Origin: Octopus sinensis
Lineage: Eukaryota
Direction of reading: 5' to 3'
Assembly (NCBI RefSeq): GCF_006345805.1
Contig: NC_042998.1
Span: forward strand, 37,758,001-37,822,000
DNA: 64,000 nt
Shown: positions 55,207 through 64,000 of the stretch, piece by piece
Position numbering within the stretch: position 1 is the stretch's first letter
How the letters are laid out: each line of letters begins with the position of its first letter
Program-made: the position numbers and the translations under genes
Notes under the pieces: model-generated
What the model saw: only the letters and a program-made list of their open reading frames with translations
Database searches by the model: none
What the model was told of the DNA's origin: nothing

Positions 55207-55668
55207 AATACTCATAGGTAGTTATGTATATAGGGAGCTAAGTGACACTGACTTCTTTTCTTGCAGTTTTTCTTCGCTACGGTTTTGTGTATTTTATTTG
55301 ACTCAACTCGTCTTTCCTGTCTGATGTTACAGCTTGTCATCTGTCGTCCTGACTCGACCTGTCTCGCAATTCCTGTTTGTATAACTGTCAGTAACTTTTA
55401 GCCTTTCTTTCTATGGGTGTCTGCGTTAGCTATCAATTTAAGCGATATAACTAACTTTGGCTGTTTCACTATATATAATTGTCTACTTGTCTAAATGTCA
55501 AAGTTCTTCGATCGTGATACTGTTCGTGTCAACAAAATCGATAAAGTATTTACCAGTTGTGTACCGCGGTGTGCAAAATAAATATATATTCTTTCCATAA
55601 ATCTCTGAAGTCAATTATTTTACTATCTTTCCTCTCTGGATGACGATGATGATGATGATAATAATAGC

Positions 55669-55707
<39 letters not shown>

Positions 55708-55708
<1 letters not shown>

Positions 55709-56655
55709 GTATGGTATGTAAAAAATGCTACAGAACCACTATTATTGGAAGTAAGAACGTTAGGCTTGTATAGGATGGAAGATTGCAAAGATAAAGCACT
55801 TGAGAATGAATGAAACTGAAAATAGGCGGACAATGAAAAGCATGCATGAATAATTTCATAGGGATGTTGAAGATAAGACAGAGAAAAAAGATGGTTGTGG
55901 ATGACTAAAAGTGATTTAAAACCGGAAACGGAGGCTCTAATCTGTGCTGCCCAAGAGCAAGCATTAAGAACCAATTACATCAAATGCAGAATAGATAACA
56001 CATCAGAAAGTGATAAGTGCAGAATTTGTGGAAAAATGGCGAAACCGTATGGTATATTACTACTCAATGTACGCCATTAGCCCAGAAAGAATATAAGATA
56101 CGTCATGACAATATAGCAAGGATTGTCCATTGGACACTTTGCAGCAAGTATGGACTTGACAGAGCAAAGAATTCGTACGACCATAAATCCGAAGGCATCA
56201 TCGAAAATGGTAATGCAAAGTTCCTATGGGATTTTGCGATTCAATGCGATAGACATAGAGAATAGAGAACCAGACATAGTGTTAATTGAGAAAGAAAGCA
56301 AACTATGCTGGATCATAGATATAGCATGTCCAGCTGACAAGGTATGCGATAAAGAAGAAAAATCGATAGATATGATAGGTTAGCTTGGGAGGTTAAGCAG
56401 TTGTGGTTGATGAAAAAAGGTGGTAGTAGTACCAATAATTGTCAGAACCCTAGGAACAATAAGTAAAAATCTTAAGTACATGGAACAAATAGGGGCTGCA
56501 ATAAGGATGAAACATTTGGAGAAAACAGTACTGCTTGGAACCGCTCGAATACTCCGGATAGTGTTCGAAAAATAAGGGGTGTTACCTTATTTCACTGGAA
56601 GTGAACTGCTGACACCGTAGTACATCTCCAGCGTTAGGAGCTGTGCAAAGACTAC
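55708..56655 (+). mobile_element. 5'-truncated R4/Dong-like non-LTR retrotransposon (zinc knuckle plus restriction-like endonuclease) in (TAA)n
   Basis: LKPETEALICAAQEQAL, CRICG..ETV..I...C zinc knuckle, RHDNIARIVHW, LWDF, PDIVL..K..CWIIDIACP, LLGTARILR; TAA arrays at 55668-55707 and 56656-56673. Confidence 0.88.
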
Positions 56656-58324
56656 AATAATAATAATAATAATTATGGATTATTTTCCTTTTCTTTTTTA
56701 CTTAATTTTTGAGAGCGGTCGCGTTCATTTTTAGTATTCTTGTTTGTGAGAGCAGTTGAGTTTATTTCAGATATTCTCATTTTAAAAATCATCTCTGGCT
56801 AATCGTTGAGAGGACGTTGGTGCTGCCATGGTGGAGATTTAAGCTCTCTGAGCGTTCTTCTTATATATATTCTTGTTGATGTTACACTCGTCGAAGTGAT
56901 GCTAAATTCCACGGTAATTAGTTTGCCGAAGCATTTAGACTCTCTTGAACAACCGTTATTCCTCCCAAGTGGTAAATAATGCAGTGTAACTCATAATCTA
57001 AGCTTTAAGGCTCGATTCACATTCGTAACTATTTCACTTCCGTCCTGAATAAGTTGGAGAAAATATGACAAATTGACGTCGCAGTTGTATCCGTCGCCTC
57101 CTTTCCCAACTCAACACAATTAATCACACGATATATGCGGTCGTGTTAGATTGGGCCTTGGGTTATATTAGAGTTTAGTGTGGAATAAGATGGTGTCTTG
57201 CTAATATTCACAGACGAGAAAATTTATTTTTCATAAGCATTTTATATTTTCAGTGTTAAGTTGCAGGTAAAGTGATAGAAATAGAATTTCGTTTACAATT
57301 TTATCTGTTATGAATAATAATATCCCGAGATCGAGATATTCCATTCGCTGGAGAGGTCTTCTCATATTTGTTCCATTCGATTTGTTTTAGACCCGTTTTA
57401 GAAGTCTTACGTTCAAAGTATTTTGTGCCTTGATCACTGGTATTATATATTTCAGGCATAGAGAATCAAGGACCCATCTATCCTATGCGTCTTTCTCTCA
57501 CTGAAACGGTAGCATGTAATTTGAGGGGAAATTAGCTATGATTTCTAACAAATCAGTCCGCCAGTTAGAAGATCATGGGTCGGCAAACCGAAGTCAAATA
57601 CCCAATGTTTGGTCGTCGAACAGGGGTAAGTTACTCCAAGTGGGGTAAAAATAAAATTGTCGGCGGTAATGCGGACTCATTAAGCATAAGTAGAATTATA
57701 TTTTAAAAAAAACCAGTTCCTAGTTAAAACAGAAATTTTCCTTCTGGCAACACGGCCTCAGTCCAATGCAATGGAAGCGTAACTCGATTCATATAAATAG
57801 ATTCAATGAAATAGATTCAATATACCTTTTGAATTCGAGGAATCTATGAGTTTCTTCCTTTCAAATCAAGGGGTTAACGTCGGCGTAAATAAATATATTT
57901 CGGGCTAATTGGTTCAAAAACCTTCCCCGACCCGTGGCTTATCATTCCGGATTTCTGCGTTAATTCAGTTTTTCTTCAAATTTAATCACCATGTATCAAT
58001 TTAAAATAAATTTCATGAGAAAGTGTGTTAGGCCCAGTAAAATCGATATCCTGACTTCTCATTAAATTGTTGTGAAACATTTCTATTTGAGGAGTTTCGT
58101 TTTCATTTGGTATTTCGCAAGGGTTAACCCACTTCAAATAATTGATAAGTAAATTGAAATTCAGTATTGCAAGGTAACAAAAAATTATTTCTTTGTATAA
58201 CGCAATCCGACGCTTACGTGGAATGCGTTGTACAACCGGCATTACCATTTACGAGTTTAGAACTTTACTCTTGGAAATATTGGAGACAGTCAGCCAATCA
58301 TATTATTACTTCCTCTCTTTCTCT

Positions 58325-59130
58325 TTCTCTTGTTTCAGTCATTTGACTGCGGCCATGCTGGAGCACCACCTTTTAGTACTTATTCTATCGGTCTCTTTTT
58401 GCCGAACCACTAAGTGACGGGGACCTAAACACACCAGCATTGGTTGTCAAACAATGCTAGGGGGACAAACACAGACACACACACATATACATATATATAC
58501 ATATATACGACAGGCTTCTTTCAGTTTCCGTCTACCAAATCCACTCACAAGGCTATACCAGAAGACACTTGCTCAAGATGCCACGCAGTGAGACTGAACC
58601 CGCAACCGTGTGGTTGGTTAGCAAGCTACTTACCACACAGCCACTCCTGCGGTAGTCTTTTCATTATGGACATATTACTGTAAATAAAGTTCAATATACT
58701 TAAAATCTTAAAGGTCACATTTTTGTAAACTTAAATAAATAAAAAGATGACTGTGTGGTGTAAGAAGTTTTCTTCCCAACCACATGGTTCCAGGTTCAGT
58801 CTCACTGCGCGGCACCTTAGGCAGGTGTCTTCTACTACAACCTCAGACCGACCAAAGCCTTATAAGTGGATTTGGTAGACAGAAACTGAAAGAAGCCCGT
58901 CGTATGTATGTGTATGTGTGTGTGTGCGTGTGTGTGTGTGTGAGGGGAAGGAGTGTGTTTTGTCCCCCACTACCGCTTGACAAACGGTGTTGGCGTGCTT
59001 ACATCCCCGTAACTTAGCGGTTCCGCAATAATGACCAACAAAATAATTACCAGACTTCAAAGACAAAACACTGGGGTCGATCAGTACGACTACAATTCTT
59101 CAAGGCGGTGCCCCAGCATGGCCGCAGTGA
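58325..59130. mobile_element. Head-to-head pair of SINE family B copies (- then +)
   Basis: CCACACAGCCACTCCTGCG at ~58632 (-); GACTGTGTGGTGTAAGAAG at ~58749 (+). Confidence 0.8.
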
Positions 59131-59767
59131 TAGGAGTGGGGAAAAAAGGGAAAGGAAAAAGATCAAATTAGGATGGAGAATTTTCGTTTAGTTTGATTTT
59201 GTTTTAAACTTGATATTTGTAAATACTGGTTCCTACGGCTTTTGTTTTCTGCTTTTTTAAGCAACACCTATTTAAATAGTCTTCTTTAACTAGCAATCTG
59301 GCTGACTGACTGGCTGGCTGACTGGCTGGATAATGTGAAATGTTAGTATTGTTGTGCGTAGACGGTCTAATTAATTTGACCTACGGCGCCAATGAAGGGT
59401 ACTAATTGAGAAATAACAGTAAGTTTCCTAATTATAATACTAACGATAAGACGGTGATAGATAAGCAAGGTTTCATTTAGACTTGAAAGCACAAAGGGCA
59501 GTAAGTATATTGAAGAAAACAAAAGCACAAATCGTTAGTTCTGATCGACATTCCTGGAAAAAAAAATCAAGATTTTAAATATTTGCGCTTGAAAATGAGA
59601 AACAAATGAAAATGTAGAGGGCGCCAAGGGTTAGTGTTAGCAATATATTTTTTGGTGAATTTTATTGATTAGACTCCGATTCCCGTCTCTTCTCGAGACG
59701 TTTTGCTTTACTTTCATTATTAATTTACTTACGACCATCGTGGAAAAGGCATTTGCCATTCTCTTTC

Positions 59768-59930
59768 AGCCAATGAGTCAAATAAAACATTTGTAGCCGA
59801 TTCGAAACCGAATCGTTTCTCTAGCCGCGTAGACATCAACATACGTCGCAGCAGTTTCACGTGACTGATAAATCGACCAATCAACGTCAACTTTCTAATA
59901 CTTCCTCATTGAGCCCTATATACACGTGGT
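59768..59930 (+). promoter_or_regulatory. Candidate Pol II promoter motif cluster
   Basis: CCAAT 59770 and 59877, AP-1 TGAGTCA 59774, E-boxes TCACGTGA 59857 and CACGTG 59923, TATATA 59917, locally CpG-rich and repeat-free. Confidence 0.3.
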
Positions 59931-61621
59931 GTTATGTCAGGAACTACTGAAATTTGTTTTCTGCATTGAACTATAATAAAATGAACTTCGAGCATCAGAA
60001 CGATGGTCAGTCGCTTTGAGACTGCCATAGTTGGTAAAATAGATCTCAATAAGTGACTGGAATATTTTTAAATTGATCTCAGCCAGGAGAAAGGCTAAGT
60101 TGGTCTCGACAGGAATGCTCTGGTGCTTTGTTTTCAGTCAAATCTCACTAGTGACAACATTGCTTTTCATTCTTTTGGGGACAGATAATATAAAATGCCA
60201 ATCAACTAATACTCTAACAAGCAATTCAGAAAATTGAACATTTCCTAAACTGTTATATATAATACTTGTTAAGCTTTGATTACCTATGATCGACGTATTA
60301 CCTACGATTACCTATGATTCGAGAAGTTATACAAGCTTGATGGGAGGTGAGCGCTTCTTAATTTGTTAAATGCTTCTATGTACAGATGTTTTGTTTATGG
60401 ACACGATTCTTTATTTAGCTGTCGGGTCTAATGATCAAATCCTTTCGTGAAGTTCAACTTCAGGCTAGAGCCCAGTAATCCCCTTAAACAGTCTTGCCAT
60501 TAAATTCAGACCGTGTGTTTGAGTACAGCAGGGCGTAGGATGATCGGAACAAATCACCAACTTTCATGTCAGCATATTGAAGTACACGCATGAAGTACAA
60601 GATACGCCTTTTTCTTCTGGTACATGTGGATTTTCACCGATACGATGGTGAGAAGATAAAAGAATAAAGAATCTATTCAAGAAACTGAATAGAGATTGAA
60701 TAACAAAAGAATGCAGGCTTATGATTTTCAGAGAGAAATCCATCATTTGAAAAGAGAGTGATGGTGCAGTCCATTGATTGACTCCATTCATTATAAGTAG
60801 CGGTTTTATCGAAACAGCTGAGATAAATGTTTGAGTTAACTTACAAGGCCTCATTTTTCAGGTGTGCAATGATTTAAGCATTTATATCATTTGAAATTAA
60901 TGAGTTGTACAGGTAATGATGATGATCAGTAAAGCAAGTACCACGAATATAGCTATTTCTGATAAATAAAACCAAGTATCCTTATGGCCGAGTCTACTTT
61001 AGAAATTTGTCACTTTCTACCAAAATTAAAAATCAATACTTGTTTTTACTAGGTGGACATCACAATAAGTTTCCCGATTGCAACTAATATCAGTTTTAAA
61101 ATACGACGACCATATCTATTTGTAAATTAGGATACTAGGTCACATGTTCTACAAATGAGATCATACCTGTCAAGGTCATGACTAAACAAATAGTGTATTT
61201 GTTTACTCCCCATAAATTATGTAACTTCTGTTGGCAGCAAGGCGAGCTTTTAACAGTCAGGCTTCTTTTGTAGCCGTTGTTATATTTGTCGTCTTTGGGA
61301 AAATTTTTATCCTTGTTATTTAGTTCCGAGTTGACACTAATCGCCTAACCGACTGATCAAGAGGAAACTATCCTACCAATGGATTTAGAACTACATTATC
61401 TATTGGATATACAGGTCATGGATAGCATGCGGCCCGCGGGACTTTCTGTATTTCATACCAGGGGAAGAATCATCTTCCTATTTTCGTAATATCACCTGCT
61501 TGACGATAAAATATATCGCATGCAAACCGCTTCTCGGAGACGTTTGCTTCTGCTTCGTTTATGCTTGCTGTAGACTGTTGTGTGTGATTTAGGGGAAGAG
61601 ATGGCTGCTATTTCTGCCAAG

Positions 61622-61635
61622 TCAAGCAACACGTA

Positions 61636-61675
<40 letters not shown>

Positions 61676-61954
61676 TGCTGTTGTTATGAAGCAACAAAAC
61701 GGGTAAGGGTGATTAGGTGATGGTCTAGGGCTTAGGGGCGGGAGACCCCAGACCTTGGGAAAAAGAAACTTTGGTTGTCTTGTTGTAGTCGAGGGCTCTT
61801 CGTTGATGCCCGACACCACTGGGAGGTGGCCCTCGAAGTCGCTGGAAATGGAGATCTCAAGGTCCAAATTCTTGAACGGCTGTTGGTGCTGCTGTTGCTG
61901 TTGTTGTTGCTGCTCTTGTTGTCGATGCTGTTGTCGTTGGGTTTTGTGCTGCTG
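61622..61954 (-). CDS. Candidate coding exon with mixed-codon polyQ
   Basis: Open frame of 110 codons after TAG (AG acceptor-like): QQHKTQRQQHRQQEQQQQQQQQHQQPFKNLDLEISISSDFEGHLPVVSGINEEPS..; GC-rich versus flanks; no family recognised. Confidence 0.3.
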
Positions 61955-62410
61955 CTAATTTTATTGTCGCCAAGTCTCAAGAAATTATTTTCTTTTCCGT
62001 CACACCTACGAATATTTACTTGATTTCAGAATTTACTTCTTCCTCCAATGCTGCTCTCTTCGACGTCCTCGTTAACTCAACCACTTGCTCTGTAGTCAAC
62101 GTTTTGCTTCTTCTAATAAGCTGTTGTAGTGGTCGCTAGTGTTGCTGGTGATCTCGTTTCTTCTCTTTAATTGACATCAAAGTTGGAGTAAACAACAAGA
62201 TTAAATTTGATTTCAATTATGACATCAGTGTCTATGATGGCCATAACAATGATGATGATATAATCATTAACATATCATCATCGATGATCGTCATCAGCCG
62301 AGTCGATTAATCCTCAGAACCATCATTAAAAGCGTCAGCAGAACTTGCCCTCAGCTACAGCTGTTATGTAATACTGTCAGCCATTTCATATATATATATA
62401 TATATATATA

Positions 62411-63663
62411 CAGGGGTTTGACAAAATAATGGAAACACCTAGCATCATAATTTTGAAATACGTATTAAACCGTAAAAAGCTTGTTTATTTTATGTTTTTT
62501 TATTTATTATTAGTGTCGCGTAATATGTTTTGCTAAAATTGCCGTTTCTTTTCAGATATCATCAGAAAAAATTAAGTAGAATTCATTAAAATGACAGATC
62601 TATCGGACGGACTTTCAAAGAGGCCAAATTGTTGGTGCTCGTATGGCAGACGCTAGAGTAACGAAGCACCCGAAATGTTTGGGGTATCAATAAGTACTGA
62701 CACGAAAATAATGACAGCCATTGAGAAGGAGGGAAAAACCTCTTCGTCGAAACAAAACTCGGGAAGAAAACCAAAACTTTCAGATAGAGACCGTCGGACT
62801 CTTATGCGAATTGTGAGAAAGGATCACAAAAATACAGCTCTTAAAATTTCTGCAGAGCTTAATGACCAACTCGAGAACCCAGTTTCCACAAAAGCTGTTC
62901 ACCGGGAGCTGCACAAAGCCGGATTTCACGAGAGGGATGCAATCAGTAAGCCCCTACTTTCAAAAACAAACGTTGCAAAGCGTTTAGAGTTGAGTAAAAA
63001 ACCTACAGAATTGGTCCCTAGAGCAGTGGAAGAATGTTATCTTCTCGGACGAGTCATCATTTACCTTATTTCCGAGCACTGGCCGAGTATACGTGTGGAG
63101 ACAGCGAAAAGAAACATTTAACCCAGGTTGCTTTCTTCCAACTATTAAAATGGTGGAAGATCTGGGGGGGCTATATCTTGGAAATCTGCCGGCCCAATGG
63201 TTTCGCTTCATGGCAGAATTAATTGTCAAGATTATTTAAGCATTTTATCTGATTAAATTCATCCTTTCATTGCGGAACTGTTTCCGAAGGGAAATGAAAT
63301 CTTTTAGGATGATAATGCACCAATTCACACAGCTAAAGTTGTTATTGAATGGCACGAGGAACATTCTAGTGAAGTTAACCATCTTATCTGGCCACCACAG
63401 TCCCCAGATCTCAATATTATTGAACACTTATGGCATATTTAAAAAAGCAAGTAAAGAGTCGTTATCCTCCACCATCATCACTACAAGAACTGGAGACTGT
63501 TTTAAGTAAAGAATGAACAAAAATTCCCTTGGAAACAATTCAAACTTTGTATGAGTCCATCCCTCGTAGAATTTAAGCTGCAATTACTACCAAAGGCGGT
63601 CCTACCCCATATTAAAATAACTTTGAAATTTTACGGTGTTTCCATTATTTTGCCCAAGCTCTG
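62411..63663 (+). mobile_element. Complete but inactivated Tc1 transposon
   Basis: 29-bp TIRs CAGGGGTTTGACAAAATAATGGAAACACC / GGTGTTTCCATTATTTTGCCCAAGCTCTG (25/29 match), TA on both sides; transposase pieces SGRKPKLSDRDRR, IFSDES, DNAPIH, WPPQSPDLNIIE with frameshifts. Confidence 0.92.
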
Positions 63664-63689
63664 TATCTCTCCCTCTCCGTGAGTTATGA

Positions 63690-63870
63690 GAGGATGTGCA
63701 GATTAGTTACGGTTCACTTCAGTCCATTATCTATCACTGAAGATATGTGTATGAGATGCGTGTCTGCCAAGTTTGAGCCAAAACTCCTTTCAGCTGACCA
63801 AAAAGACACTTGGGTTTCAGTTGCGCAAGATCTCCTTGATTGTGTCAAGAACGATGAAAACTTTTGAAAT
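63690..63870 (+). mobile_element. Mariner transposase N-terminal fragment
   Basis: MCMRCVSAKFEPKLLSADQK..DENF resembles the mariner (W/F)VP(K/R)xL linker preceding the catalytic domain. Confidence 0.65.
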
Positions 63871-64000
63871 CTTTGCGTAGACTTCTAAGCAAGTATCGCC
63901 AAACTTTTGGCAAAATTTGATGCAGCTTCTCTGCTCAACTTCCTCTGTTACACACCTTCCGTCCAAACACTGCTATAAACAGCGGAAGTGAGCGAAAAAT

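Overview
AT-rich, microsatellite-saturated eukaryotic DNA with one 100-N gap (11547-11646). The SINE, LINE and microsatellite repertoire looks like Octopus/cephalopod; this is pattern recognition, not a database result. No complete host protein-coding gene is supportable, and nearly all supplied ORFs are microsatellite or SINE artefacts. The window holds many tRNA-derived SINEs (at least 4 families), LINE relics (CR1-like, RTE, R4/Dong-like in TAA repeats, possibly Tx1-like), Tc1 and mariner relics (one complete Tc1 with TIRs), a 5S rRNA retrocopy, and a few weak exon/promoter candidates. The main unexplained signal is seven minimal type I hammerhead-ribozyme (HHR) motifs at six loci, falling into about four unrelated sequence contexts. 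In each, helix III is a different palindrome (perfect in all but one), the hallmark of dimer-dependent HHRs of Penelope pLTRs and retrozymes. Several lie in or next to head-to-head inverted duplications, and two HHR-bearing groups share a conserved downstream tail. No cognate Penelope ORF was recognised in the window.
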